DNA from: a virus
Strand: one strand, 5' to 3'
Length of the DNA: 57,483 nucleotides
IMG/VR virus record: IMGVR_UViG_3300028840_004876
Shown here: positions 1 through 9,499 of the stretch, in pieces
Layout: the number at the start of each line of letters is the position of its first letter
Position numbering within the stretch: the stretch's first letter is position 1
Translations under genes and position numbers: made by a program
Notes under the pieces: generated by a model
What the model was told of the DNA's origin: nothing
The model's input: the letters and a program-made list of their open reading frames with translations, nothing else
Databases searched by the model: none

Positions 1-144
1 TCGGGGGCAACGGGTATCACCGATGCGGACCGATCTACCTCTGGCGGCGAGTTCTCACGCCGGAGGAGATATGGGAGCTTCACAACGACCCGTGGGTGAT
101 GTTTCGCCCGGCGGCGAGACCTGTTTCCCTGTGGGTGCCCGGTG
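1..144. repeat. Terminal overlap: 1..144 is identical to 57340..57483, indicating circular closure or terminal redundancy
   Basis: Both ends read tcgggggcaacgggtatcaccgatgcggaccg...cctgtgggtgcccggtg. I compared them base by base. Confidence 0.95.
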
Positions 145-2435
145 GGGCTACCGCTCAGTCGATTACGGCCGCGCCGCTCAACGCCGAGGCCGATCTCCAA
201 GCGACGACTCTTGATGTCGAAACGCCGCTCGCCCCGCTCAACGCCGAGGCCGAGCTTCAGGACGCGACTGCCGACGGTGAGGTGACGGAGACTCTCGCGT
301 CGCTTGACATCTCGATGGACTTCATTGCGGCCTCGTTCAACCCGGGGCCCGTGTCCATCGCACCGGCGTCGCTCAACCCGGAGATGGACGTACCCGCTGC
401 GACGCTGCCTGCGCCAGACGCGCAAGTAGACGCGGACCCGCTCAACCCTGAAGCTGAACTCCCGGCCACGTCGCTTGACGCGGAAGGCTCGATGGCGGCC
501 GCCCCGCTCAACGCTGAGGCCGAGCTCATCGATGTAACCCATGACATCGACATACCGGCTGCACAGCTCAACCCTGAGGCCGAGCTTCAGGACGCGACTG
601 CCGACGGCGAGGCTTCGATGGCTGCGCCTCCTCTCAACCCTGAGGCCGAGATTCTCGACGCTTCTGCGACCGCGGAAGGGTCGATGGCCGCATCGCCCCT
701 CAACCCGGAGGCCGAGCTCGTCGATGTAACCCACGATGTTGACATCCCGGCTGCACAGCTCAACCCTGAGGCCGACGTCCCGGCCACGTCGTTCGACGCT
801 GAGGCTTCGGTGGCTGCGGCGCCCCTCAACCCTGAGGCCGATGTCATCGATGTAACCCATGACGTTGACATACCGGCTGCACAGCTCAACCCTGAGGCCG
901 AGCTCATCGCGGCGGTGGTCGATGGTCCGGGCGTAGTGGCTGGCGTCCCGCTCAACCCGGAGATAGAGCTGCCCGCTGCCGTAGCCACGGGCGGTGGCAC
1001 GGCGCAGATAGACGCCGACCCGCTCAACCCGGAGATCGACATCGTCGCCGCTGTCGTGGCGACCGCGGGTGACGAACTCTGGGTCACGAAGCAAACGCTG
1101 CGACTCGTCGGGCGTCGCACGCCCACCGTGGTCCCGGTGGAGATCGACGGCGACACGGTCTTGCTGAGTCTCGTGCCACATAACTGGATCGCGCAGGTCA
1201 CGGTCGAGTCGTCGTTCCTCACAGACGTCACGCGCTCTGAGACCATGCGTGAGGAGCGCGTCTCTCTCCGTGAGAAGCCTCTGCGCCTCGCAACCTTTCA
1301 GCACACCGGGATGTCGCGCGCGGACTCAGCGCGGATCATGATGAACATGGCTCGCATCGCGAACGGCGGGGCACCTGTCCCGCTTCATTGCGACGCGACG
1401 CGGCTGACGCAGACGGCGGGGCTCGGAGCGCAAACGCTGACAGGGGACTTCCGTTGGCGCCGCTTCTTCCCCGGGGCGCGTCTCGTCATCCATACGTGGG
1501 ACGCATCGGGTCGCCCGACGGATGTTGAGATCCACGCCATCGAGAAGATCTCCGCGGACCGCCAAGTCGTGACGCTCGTGACAACGCTGGCCGCGGCGAA
1601 GGCGTCAGGCGCGCGGGTGATCCCGCTGCTCGATTGCGACGTCACCGCAGAGTCTTCGGCGCAGGTGGTCAGCGATGCGAACGTCGACCTCACGATCACG
1701 TTCGCCGAGAAGCCCGGCGCGTCCTCGCTCCCGGCCACGATCATGGATGTGGCGCCGTGGCTCCAGCATCAAGACGGGCTGCCGATCCTTGACGTGTCGG
1801 GAGACTGGTCCGCCGGTCACCAACTCAGAGTCATGGCCTCTGGCGAGAGGGCTCGCGACGGTCGTGCCTCTGTGTTCGCAGCCACCGGAGACGCGCCGCG
1901 CTTCGCACACACGATCAACTTGAATGCGCTCACTCGCGAGCGTGCGTGGGACGTCATCCAGTTCTTCGAGTCGCGACGCGGCCGGGCCCGGCCGTTCTGG
2001 CTGGTAGCTCCGCTGTCTCCGTGGACGTTGGAGAACGTGAACGGGACCACGATCAAGATCGCGCGCGTCGGGAACATCGAGGACGTCCAGGACTTCGTGA
2101 AGCACATCGGCTTCGTGCTACGTGACGGGACCGTGGTCATCCGCACAGTGACCACCGCGTACGACAACGGGACGCACTTCCTCATCGGGCTACAGGGCGC
2201 TCTGCCCGCGTCGGTGACCACCTCCGCGGTTCGGCGTCTGTCACCGGCGTGGCGTGTTCGCATGGAGCGCGATGCGTTCACCGAGCGCTGGACCACGGAC
2301 GGGATCTGCACTATGAGATTCGATGCCATCGACGTCGACGACGAGGACGCGCGCGTGACGCAGCTCGAGGACGATGATGATCGCACGCTGCTGGTGACGC
2401 GGCAGGTCGTCCGCGTGCTGGGAGCTCTCTCATGA
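1..2435 (+). CDS. Tail protein, downstream part of a gene that wraps the contig ends. The full gene is 56775..57339 joined to 1..2435, about 999 aa. It has a LamG-like N-domain, LNPEAEL tandem repeats and a distal-tail (DUF2460/lambda gpM-like) C-domain.
   Basis: The frame is open from nt 3. The same peptide NDPWVMFRPAARPVSLWVPG is encoded at both window ends, and track ORF 96..2435 is in that frame. The C-terminal region has the FFESRRGRARPFWLV motif. The gene sits directly upstream of gpL/gpK/gpJ-like genes. Confidence 0.75.
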   Translation, partial: GGNGYHRCGPIYLWRRVLTPEEIWELHNDPWVMFRPAARPVSLWVPGGATAQSITAAPLNAEADLQATTLDVETPLAPLNAEAELQDATADGEVTETLASLDISMDFIAASFNPGPVSIAPASLNPEMDVPAATLPAPDAQVDADPLNPEAELPATSLDAEGSMAAAPLNAEAELIDVTHDIDIPAAQLNPEAELQDATADGEASMAAPPLNPEAEILDASATAEGSMAASPLNPEAELVDVTHDVDIPAAQLNPEADVPATSFDAEASVAAAPLNPEADVIDVTHDVDIPAAQLNPEAELIAAVVDGPGVVAGVPLNPEIELPAAVATGGGTAQIDADPLNPEIDIVAAVVATAGDELWVTKQTLRLVGRRTPTVVPVEIDGDTVLLSLVPHNWIAQVTVESSFLTDVTRSETMREERVSLREKPLRLATFQHTGMSRADSARIMMNMARIANGGAPVPLHCDATRLTQTAGLGAQTLTGDFRWRRFFPGARLVIHTWDASGRPTDVEIHAIEKISADRQVVTLVTTLAAAKASGARVIPLLDCDVTAESSAQVVSDANVDLTITFAEKPGASSLPATIMDVAPWLQHQDGLPILDVSGDWSAGHQLRVMASGERARDGRASVFAATGDAPRFAHTINLNALTRERAWDVIQFFESRRGRARPFWLVAPLSPWTLENVNGTTIKIARVGNIEDVQDFVKHIGFVLRDGTVVIRTVTTAYDNGTHFLIGLQGALPASVTTSAVRRLSPAWRVRMERDAFTERWTTDGICTMRFDAIDVDDEDARVTQLEDDDDRTLLVTRQVVRVLGALS
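175..1060 (+). repeat. In-frame tandem repeat array inside the tail gene: about 13 copies of (P/Q)LN(P/A)E(A/I/M)(E/D)(L/V/I) spaced 20-24 aa apart
   Basis: LNxE cores fall at aa 28, 48, 93, 116, 138, 158, 180, 202, 222, 244, 264, 286 and 310 of track ORF 96..2435. Three near-identical nucleotide copies of gtaacccaYgaYRtYgacatMccggctgcacagctcaaccctgaggccga start near 535, 726 and 853. Confidence 0.9.
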
Positions 2436-3229
2436 GCGCACTCACCGACACGCACAAGGATCGCCTCACTCTCGTGGACTTCACTCACGACGATGGCTCA
2501 GCGAGGTACGCCGACTGGGACGTCGCAGCGGGCGCGTACGTTGCCACGCCCACGATGGACATCACCTACCCGCCGGCCACGTCGCTGCTCGACGAGAAGC
2601 CGGTCAAGATCGTGCTGCCGACGGATGACTGGCTCCACGCTCTGAGTAGCGGTGATCCACACCCGCCGGTGGAGTGCCGCATTCGCGTTCTGTCGCGCGG
2701 AGATAGCGGCCCGGACACACGCACGCTGGTTCTCGGAGACCTCGGTCGCGTCACGCGCAACCCGCGTGGGCGCAAGGATCGCGTGCGGCTGGAAGTGTGG
2801 AACGACAAAGAGCTCCTCAAGACGGCGCTCGGAATGCCAGCGAACCTTCACTGCGAGTGGCGGCTCGGAGACTCCAAGACGTGCCAGATCACCATCGCCT
2901 CGTATCAGGAAACAGGGACGCTGGCGTTGGGCTCAGGGCCGAATGTCACGATCACGGGTCTCTCGTCTCACGCAGGCGACTCCACGTACTGGGTTCGCGG
3001 TCGCGTCATCCTCGGAGGTGTGGCGCTGACGATTCGCAACTGGGATGGCTCGACCGGCTTCGAGCTCGTGCGACGTCCGCCATCGGGGTGGGCGAGCCAG
3101 ACCGTGACCGTTCAGCCGGGGTGCGACAAGACGCAGGAAACGTGTGACGCCCGATGGAGCAATCTCGACCGGTTCTTTGGCGCAGGCTTCAGCATCCCGG
3201 CTTATCACCCGGTGATCGAGAGGCCATAG
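2432..3229 (+). CDS. Tail tip protein, DUF2163 / BR0599 family (lambda gpL-like, GTA g13-like)
   Basis: ATGA overlap with the upstream stop. The C-terminus PGCDKTQETCDARWSNLDRFFGAGFSIPAYHP matches the BR0599 Cys-rich signature. Confidence 0.8.
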   Translation: MSALTDTHKDRLTLVDFTHDDGSARYADWDVAAGAYVATPTMDITYPPATSLLDEKPVKIVLPTDDWLHALSSGDPHPPVECRIRVLSRGDSGPDTRTLVLGDLGRVTRNPRGRKDRVRLEVWNDKELLKTALGMPANLHCEWRLGDSKTCQITIASYQETGTLALGSGPNVTITGLSSHAGDSTYWVRGRVILGGVALTIRNWDGSTGFELVRRPPSGWASQTVTVQPGCDKTQETCDARWSNLDRFFGAGFSIPAYHPVIERP

Positions 3230-3699
3230 AGCGCCGCATACTTGCCGTGACGTCCAGCTGGCTGCGGACGCCGTACATGGCGGGGCAGTGCGCGAAGGGC
3301 GGAGGCGTCGACTGCGTCCGCTTCGTTGCTGCCGTGATCGACGAACTCCACGGTGAGGTGCGCATCCCGGCCATCAAGCTCCCGCAAGATGTCGCGTTCC
3401 ACGCGCCAGCGACGGCGCGCGCGGCGCTGCGTCTCTTTCGGAAGGCGTACGAGCCTTTGCGGGTGGTACGCGACGGCGTCGTCGAGCCGGGCGACATTGC
3501 CATCGTGACGCTTGGGAAGGTGGCAGGACCGGGTCACGCTGTTCTCATCGGCGCGGAGCCGAACACGGCGTGGCACGCAACAGGTGACGAGGTTCAACGA
3601 GCAGGCATCGGCGTTCTCACTCGCCCGCCTGCTCATCTCTACGGAATCTACCGAATCGAGGACAAGGACCGATGGCTCAAGTCTTCGTGCCATTCGTGA
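3154..3699 (+). CDS. Tail-associated NlpC/P60 (C40) peptidase (lambda gpK-like, GTA g14-like)
   Basis: WLRTPYMAGQCAKGGGVDCVRFVAAV carries the catalytic Cys context, and GPGHAVLIG lies downstream. The position between the gpL-like and gpJ-like genes fits. The start is uncertain because it overlaps the upstream gene by 76 nt. Confidence 0.7.
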   Translation: MEQSRPVLWRRLQHPGLSPGDREAIERRILAVTSSWLRTPYMAGQCAKGGGVDCVRFVAAVIDELHGEVRIPAIKLPQDVAFHAPATARAALRLFRKAYEPLRVVRDGVVEPGDIAIVTLGKVAGPGHAVLIGAEPNTAWHATGDEVQRAGIGVLTRPPAHLYGIYRIEDKDRWLKSSCHS

Positions 3700-6386
3700 T
3701 CAGCATGGGCCTGTCCTTCCTGGCAGGCTTCATCGCCGAGCAGACGCGGAAGAAGGGTCGTCGTGCGTCGCTTCAAGACGACAAGCCCACGACGATCGCA
3801 TCTCGCGGTGCGTTCATCGCGTATCTACTCGGCGTTAGGCGGCTCGGTCCGATCTTCGCTTGGGTGGGTGACAAGACCAGCGGCCGCGAGCGCACGAGCT
3901 CTTGGTCCGGAAAGGGCGGCGGCTCCGAGACCAAGACCAAGAAGGCCACCGTCTACTTCGAGAGCGGGTGGCACCACCTCTGCGTCGGACCGGCCACGGC
4001 GATTCATGCCATCTACGAGAACGGGAGAGACATCCTCGGCTACTCCATCGACTCGACGTCACACCCGAGCGGGACGACCGTCGACCTCGGGAAGTACGGG
4101 AAGTTCGACATCTACTGGGGCGAGACTGATCAACCGGTCAATACGTGGCTCGGCAACGCAACGCGTGTGGGAATCGAGTCGCGCTGGCCGTTCGGCTGCT
4201 ACATCCAGTGGACCAAGAAGCGTCTCGGCACCGTGTCGCAGTGGCCGTTGCTCGACTACGTAGTGGAGGTGCGACCGGGCTACGCCGTCAATGTGACGGC
4301 TGACTCGGCGTGGATCGACCCGACGTTCACTCTCGGCTCTTACTCCGAGTCGTGCGACAAGGCGACGTCCGGCGCCGAAGGCACGGGGCGCTTCCGCGTC
4401 AAGGGCCGAAAGGCCACGAAGTTCAACGCGGGAGACCGGATCAAAGTCCAGGGAAACCACGCGAACAACGACGGCGACTACGTCATCAAGTCGATCACGG
4501 TCACGACCGTCGGGTACAAGACCACGAAGACGAACATCTACGTCTACGGCGGAGTGACGACGGACGTGGCCAGTCCAGCGGGCACGATCACGCTGTACGA
4601 GTCGGACAAGAACGGCGGCGCGAACCCGGCGTACGTGATCGACCAGCTCCTGTTCGCGACGCACCCGCACGGGCTCGGGCTCGACGTGTCAAACTACGAC
4701 ATCAGCACGCTCGACGCTATCGCGACGGCGCTCGGCACCTCGGGTGAACGCCTGCCCGTGTCTTCGCTGGCCGTCGATGGTGAGGACGCGCAGTCGCTTC
4801 TGGCCGAGCTGCTACAGGACATCGGAATCGCGATGCGATGGAACGTGACCACCGCGCTGTGGGAGTTCCATCTGATCCGCGAGGAGACAGCGCGGCCGCA
4901 GGTGCCTGCCAAGCTGCTGCTCCCGCCGTTGCCGGAAGTGACCACGGTCCTCGACCAGCAGCGACCCGTGGACAAGCTCATCTTCACGTTCCCGTCGTGG
5001 CTCGAGCGCTTCAAGGAGTACACGCTGGTCGTGGACGACGACGCTCTCGCCGAGACGCGCGGGCGCCCGAGGCCGCGAACGATCCACCTGCCCACCATCA
5101 TCGACATCGAGACGGCCACGATGGTCGCGTCGCGTCGCGCGCAGGAAGCGCTCGGCGTTGTGACGGCGTGGCGGCTCGTGGTCCAAGGCGAGGCGTGTCT
5201 CCTGCGCCCCGGCGATAGCATCGACGTGGAAGGCATCACAGACCCGCTGCGCGTCATGTCGATCACCCACCAGCAGGACAGCGGTGCGGTGGAGATCGAA
5301 GCCATCACCGACTACTATTCGGTCCCGGCCACGGAGGAGGACGCGCCTGCGTCGTTCACCCCTGCGACCGACATCGAAGAGGAGATCCTGCCGGACGAGG
5401 AGTGGGAGCCCATCGAGGTTCCGCCTGGCATCACGCCCGTGACTCCGCGGTATGGGATCCCGGTGCTGCGCCCGCTCGTGTTCATCCCCATCATTCGCGG
5501 CAGCGCCGCCACCGTGGGGCATGAGGTGTACATCTCCACGGACGACTCGACGTTCACCTCGCTCGGCGACGACGAGGGCGTGTACTCGGGCGGGCTGCTC
5601 GAGGAAGACTTCCCGCTCTCTGGCGCAACGCTGGTTGAGACGGGGCCCGAGTTCACTGCCGAGGGCGACGACATCGCGAGCGTCGCGCAGGATCTCAGCG
5701 CGGACACCGAGGGGTGGCGCGCGGGCAAGCAGATGGTGTTCATCGGGAGCGAGATCCTGTTTGTCCGGGAGATCACCGCAGTGAGCGGGGACACGTACCG
5801 TCTGGACGGCGTGCTCCGCGGTCGCCTCGGAACCGCTGAGGAAGAGCACAGCATCGACGACCCGGTGTTCATCGTCCCGTATGAAGACCTCACAGTCTAC
5901 GGCGACTTGCTCATGCGGCCCGGTGAGACCTACTACTTCAAGGTCGTGCCGTGGGGCAACCAGTCGATCCCGCTCGATGAGCTGCCGTCGAAGTCGATCA
6001 CTCTCGTGGGCAACGGCATCGTGCCGCCGGCGGTCGTCAACCTCCGCAACGATCTCATGAACTCGTACTTCGCAGGAACAGACTCGCCGACGTTCGAGTG
6101 GACATACCGCTTCGGCCGCGACCCGGGATCGGGTTCCGGCAATCAAGCTTCCGGCGAGGCGTGCGCTGCGAGCGCTGTTGAGGGCGAGTTCCTCATCGAC
6201 GTTCTCGATGCGAGCGACGTCGTGAAGCGCAGCCTCACGGTGACCGAGCCGACCTGGCAGTACACGAACGCGAACATGCTGGCCGACTTCGGCGGCGCGG
6301 CCCCGTCCTCTTTCAAGATCAGCGTCGTCCACGCCGTTGGCGGTCGAGCCAGCGCCGCGACGGTGCTCACGATGACCAAGCACTAG
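3672..6386 (+). CDS. Central tail tip / host-specificity protein (lambda gpJ-like, GTA g15-like), 904 aa
   Basis: Large ORF after the gpL/gpK-like genes. It has a hydrophobic N-terminus (MAQVFVPFVISMGLSFLAGFIA) and the usual size and order for gpJ-class proteins. Confidence 0.7.
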   Translation: MAQVFVPFVISMGLSFLAGFIAEQTRKKGRRASLQDDKPTTIASRGAFIAYLLGVRRLGPIFAWVGDKTSGRERTSSWSGKGGGSETKTKKATVYFESGWHHLCVGPATAIHAIYENGRDILGYSIDSTSHPSGTTVDLGKYGKFDIYWGETDQPVNTWLGNATRVGIESRWPFGCYIQWTKKRLGTVSQWPLLDYVVEVRPGYAVNVTADSAWIDPTFTLGSYSESCDKATSGAEGTGRFRVKGRKATKFNAGDRIKVQGNHANNDGDYVIKSITVTTVGYKTTKTNIYVYGGVTTDVASPAGTITLYESDKNGGANPAYVIDQLLFATHPHGLGLDVSNYDISTLDAIATALGTSGERLPVSSLAVDGEDAQSLLAELLQDIGIAMRWNVTTALWEFHLIREETARPQVPAKLLLPPLPEVTTVLDQQRPVDKLIFTFPSWLERFKEYTLVVDDDALAETRGRPRPRTIHLPTIIDIETATMVASRRAQEALGVVTAWRLVVQGEACLLRPGDSIDVEGITDPLRVMSITHQQDSGAVEIEAITDYYSVPATEEDAPASFTPATDIEEEILPDEEWEPIEVPPGITPVTPRYGIPVLRPLVFIPIIRGSAATVGHEVYISTDDSTFTSLGDDEGVYSGGLLEEDFPLSGATLVETGPEFTAEGDDIASVAQDLSADTEGWRAGKQMVFIGSEILFVREITAVSGDTYRLDGVLRGRLGTAEEEHSIDDPVFIVPYEDLTVYGDLLMRPGETYYFKVVPWGNQSIPLDELPSKSITLVGNGIVPPAVVNLRNDLMNSYFAGTDSPTFEWTYRFGRDPGSGSGNQASGEACAASAVEGEFLIDVLDASDVVKRSLTVTEPTWQYTNANMLADFGGAAPSSFKISVVHAVGGRASAATVLTMTKH

Positions 6387-6396
6387 GAGACCGGCA

Positions 6397-6822
6397 ATGG
6401 CTCGACCCACGCATGCGACGGTGCTCTCGTCTCACCAGAACTGGGACGCAGAGATCCGTGCCAACTTCAACCTCGTCTTCACGACGCCGATTCCGATCCC
6501 GCGCTACGCTAACTCTGCGGCGCTTCCGGCGGCTGCGGACTATGAGGACTGTCTTGCGATGACGGCCGACACCCACAAGCTCTACCACAGCGACGGGACG
6601 TCCTGGCTGTTGGTGGACAACGCTGCCGCGGGGTCGGCAATCGCGGACCTCAGCGTCAGCGCCGTCGCGGATCCGTCCGACTCGCCGACGACTGCGGACA
6701 GCCTGCGCGACGATCTCGTCGCGACGACGCTCGCGGATCTCGCGACGGCGCACGGCGAGATCGAGAGCAAGATCAACGCGATCCTCGCGGCGTTGCGCGA
6801 CCACGGGCTGATCGCAACGTAG
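6397..6822 (+). CDS. Hypothetical virion protein, last gene of the tail module (141 aa)
   Basis: GGAGA RBS upstream of the ATG. The C-terminal segment is EIESKINAILAALRDHGLIAT. I recognised no catalytic motif. Confidence 0.6.
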   Translation: MARPTHATVLSSHQNWDAEIRANFNLVFTTPIPIPRYANSAALPAAADYEDCLAMTADTHKLYHSDGTSWLLVDNAAAGSAIADLSVSAVADPSDSPTTADSLRDDLVATTLADLATAHGEIESKINAILAALRDHGLIAT

Positions 6823-6824
6823 CA

Positions 6825-6841
6825 TGGCACCAAAGGTGCCA
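6825..6841. promoter_or_regulatory. Palindrome TGGCACCAAAGGTGCCA, a putative operator
   Basis: 7-bp perfect arms with a 3-nt spacer. Confidence 0.5.
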
Positions 6842-7001
6842 GGGGTAACTGGCAAATGCGCCTGCGGCGGGAGCCGCCTGTCTCGGCAAGAAGAGCTTAG
6901 AATAATAGTACCTGGCTGAGGTCTACTTTCAATTCAACGTCCATACCTCGGGCGTTGGCGGTCCAGCCCCAGGGCGAGTTAGGCGCACTGTACGATACCC
7001 C

Positions 7002-7018
7002 TGGCACCAACGGTGCCA
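7002..7018. promoter_or_regulatory. Palindrome TGGCACCAACGGTGCCA, a putative operator
   Basis: 7-bp perfect arms with a 3-nt spacer. CTGAGAAAATCTC follows at 7020. Confidence 0.5.
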
Positions 7019-7052
7019 CCTGAGAAAATCTCGCCCGCCTACCGCTTTTCCC

Positions 7053-7081
7053 TGTACACCTACGCGTGGGTCGGGTACAAT
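7053..7081 (+). promoter_or_regulatory. Putative sigma70-type promoter: TGTACA, 17-nt spacer, TACAAT
   Basis: The spacing is exactly 17 nt. The downstream leader carries tcgattg...ccgcacgaacaggag, as in the early cassettes, and runs into ATG 7130. Confidence 0.5.
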
Positions 7082-7129
7082 GTCCCTTGGACATTGACAC
7101 TTTCGATTGCCGCACGAACAGGAGCCGAC

Positions 7130-7318
7130 ATGGAAAACACGAACGAGACGCACGACTGGCTGGCCGAGGCCGAAGCAGCTTTCGCGGCGAACCGCTGGAG
7201 CGACAGCGAGACGACGATCAGCGCTGAGCAGCTGGCGGAGGCCGAGGCGCCTCGCAAGCGGTCGTGCTTCCTTGACACGCTCGCCGAGGCAGTCGAGCGC
7301 TTCGGACTCGAGAGCTAG
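7130..7318 (+). CDS. Hypothetical protein (62 aa, acidic)
   Basis: The start was moved from track 7013 to ATG 7130, which follows gaacaggagccgac (RBS). It is the first gene after element A. Confidence 0.6.
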   Translation: MENTNETHDWLAEAEAAFAANRWSDSETTISAEQLAEAEAPRKRSCFLDTLAEAVERFGLES

Positions 7319-9499
7319 ATGACTTCCCACAGTGATAGGAGCCGACCGATGACCACGACACTTCCCGCCCCGGTGCTCGACGAGCACCCCATCATCGAGC
7401 CCCTGGGCGAAGCGACCCAGGACCTCTTCACCCCCCTCCCGCTCCGGGACAACGACTTCCTTCTCATCGAGACCGACGAGAAGGGCGAGGCGTTCGAGAT
7501 GCGCCCCTTCCGCGGGCGGTTCCTCGACGTGAACGAGGACGCGAGCGCGTACGCCGTCGAGGCTGTCCGCAAGAACTCGCGCGGCGACACGGTCCTCGAG
7601 GTGAGCGGCCCGCCGAGCTGGGCGTCGCGACAGGACTTCTTCCGTCGCATTCCGCAGGCGCATCAGGGCCAGAAGGATTTCTGGCAGCGCAACCAAGGCG
7701 AGTACACGTGCGCGGCCACGGACTACACGTGCATCGTGACGCATCACAGCTGGCCGCAGTCGCGGCTCGTGTTCGGGGACGACAACGCGCGGCTCCTCTA
7801 CACGTTCCTGCTCAAGCGCTTCATGCGCCAGACGATTCGCGCGCAGCTCCAGAGTAAGTTCAAGCTCGCCGGTGAAGTGCCGGTCATGCCGGACGACTAC
7901 TATCCGGACGAGCTCAGGCAGTTCGCCGCCGCCGACTACCAGAAGACGGCGATGATGATGAGCCTCGGCCAGGAGGGCACGGCGCTCTTCATGGACCGGG
8001 GAACCGGCAAGACCTACACGACCATCGATCGCATCTGCCTCGAGGCGCACCGCACTCGCCGAGGCAAGATGCCCGGCGAAGAGGCGCACATGATGCGCGT
8101 CCTCGTGATCGCGCCTCTTCAGGTCCGCCTCAACTGGCAGGAGGAGTTCACGAAGTTCGCATGGGTCGGCGGCAAGGTCACCGTCCTCCGCGGCGGCAAG
8201 GAGAAGCGGGTCAAGATCCTCACGCACGCCATTCGCACCGAGGACGACTGCGACTTCTCTGCGGTCATCGTCTCCTACGACACCGCCGCCCGCGACGTGT
8301 CGTACCTCAGCAAGCTTCAGTGGGATCTCGTCGTCCTCGACGAGTCGCATCGGATCAAGTCGTCGCAGACCAAGCGGTGGAAGCAGATCAAGAAGCTGCG
8401 CGCCGCGTCGCGCCGTCGGCAGATCCTCACGGGAACGCCCTACGCGAACTCCATCTTCGACCTCTATACCCAGCTCGAGTTCCTCGGCGAGGGGCTCAGC
8501 GGGTTCTCGAGCTTCCGTTCGTTCATGAAGTTCCACGGGAAGTTCCAGAAGACCGAGGGCGGCCGGACGTCGCTCGTCGGGATGAACAACATCCCGCTCA
8601 TGCGCGAGCGCCTCGCTCGTCTGTCGTTCGCGGTCTCGAAGGAGGAGGCTGGCCTCAAGCTCCCGCCGAAGGTGTACGACACTCTCGAGGTCGAGATGAC
8701 CCGGAAGCAGGCCAAGTTCTACGAGCAGATGGCGACGCAGCTCGCGGTCGAGATCGAAGACATGATGAGCGGCGCGCTCGACAACACGGCGAACCGCGCG
8801 ATGACGGCCGAGAACATCCTCACCAAGCTCCTGCGCCTCGCGCAGATCACGAGCGGGCACGTCGTGTGGGACGCCACCTACTCCGATGACGGCGAGCAGC
8901 TCACCGAGAAGCGCGTCCAGCAGATCGACCCTGAGAAGAACCCGAAGGTCGTCGCGCTGGTCGAGACGCTTCAGGAGGAACTCGCTGAGGACCCGCTCGC
9001 GAAGAAGATCGTGTGGGCCGTCTTCGTGCCGGACATCAAGGAGATCGAGAAGGAGCTCACGCGGGCCTTCGGCGCTGACGCGGTGGTGACCTACTACGGC
9101 GCCACGAGCGAGCGCGGCCGCGAGGAAGCTATCGCTCGCTTCAACTGCGATCCGAACTGCCGCGTGATGATCGCGAATCCGCAGACGGCGGGCGAGGGTC
9201 TCAACCTGCTCGGCTACGATCAGAAGGATCCCGACAACTCGCCGACCTACTGCGATCATCAGATCGTCTTCTCGGCCAACTGGTCGCACGTGCTTCGGGC
9301 GCAGCTCGAGGACCGCGCGCATCGGCGCGGCACGCGCACGACCGTTCGCGTGACGGACCTGGTGGTGCCGCACAGCATCGACACGGAGATCCGGGCGCGC
9401 GTCCAGGGCAAGGCTGCGGACGCGGCGAAGGTCAATGACATCAAGGACATTCTCGAGTCCGTCCTCGGCCTCGAGCTCAACGGATTCGGGAGGCTCTAA
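7319..9499 (+). CDS. SNF2-family DNA-dependent ATPase/helicase
   Basis: LVVLDESHRIKS (motif II), ILTGTPYANS (motif III), IANPQTAGEGLNL and EDRAHRRGT (motifs V/VI). Confidence 0.9.
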   Translation: MTSHSDRSRPMTTTLPAPVLDEHPIIEPLGEATQDLFTPLPLRDNDFLLIETDEKGEAFEMRPFRGRFLDVNEDASAYAVEAVRKNSRGDTVLEVSGPPSWASRQDFFRRIPQAHQGQKDFWQRNQGEYTCAATDYTCIVTHHSWPQSRLVFGDDNARLLYTFLLKRFMRQTIRAQLQSKFKLAGEVPVMPDDYYPDELRQFAAADYQKTAMMMSLGQEGTALFMDRGTGKTYTTIDRICLEAHRTRRGKMPGEEAHMMRVLVIAPLQVRLNWQEEFTKFAWVGGKVTVLRGGKEKRVKILTHAIRTEDDCDFSAVIVSYDTAARDVSYLSKLQWDLVVLDESHRIKSSQTKRWKQIKKLRAASRRRQILTGTPYANSIFDLYTQLEFLGEGLSGFSSFRSFMKFHGKFQKTEGGRTSLVGMNNIPLMRERLARLSFAVSKEEAGLKLPPKVYDTLEVEMTRKQAKFYEQMATQLAVEIEDMMSGALDNTANRAMTAENILTKLLRLAQITSGHVVWDATYSDDGEQLTEKRVQQIDPEKNPKVVALVETLQEELAEDPLAKKIVWAVFVPDIKEIEKELTRAFGADAVVTYYGATSERGREEAIARFNCDPNCRVMIANPQTAGEGLNLLGYDQKDPDNSPTYCDHQIVFSANWSHVLRAQLEDRAHRRGTRTTVRVTDLVVPHSIDTEIRARVQGKAADAAKVNDIKDILESVLGLELNGFGRL

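Larger units (their letters stand above)
6823..7020. repeat. Composite element A: ~43-bp inverted arms (6823..6866 and 6978..7020), each holding a TGGCACC-N3-GGTGCCA palindrome, around an AT-richer core
   Basis: The left arm is catggcaccaaaggtgccaggggtaactggcaaatgcgcctgcg. The reverse complement of the right arm is ggtggcaccgttggtgccaggggtatcgtacagtgcgcct. Core 6894..6930 matches the reverse complement of 34977..35017. Confidence 0.8.

Noticed and set aside
6823-7020. Interpreting elements A and B as an active DNA-invertase switch or a MITE
   Set aside because: There is no invertase, recombinase or transposase gene in the genome, and I saw no target-site duplications. The two copies are diverged paralogues rather than two states of one locus. 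I kept the observation as a finding without that mechanistic claim.
6929-9373. 814-aa minus-strand ORF antisense to the SNF2 gene
   Set aside because: The + strand frame carries unambiguous SNF2 motifs. The antisense product is Arg/Leu/Asp/Val-rich and low in complexity, with no motif and no RBS context. That is typical of spurious long ORFs in GC-rich DNA.
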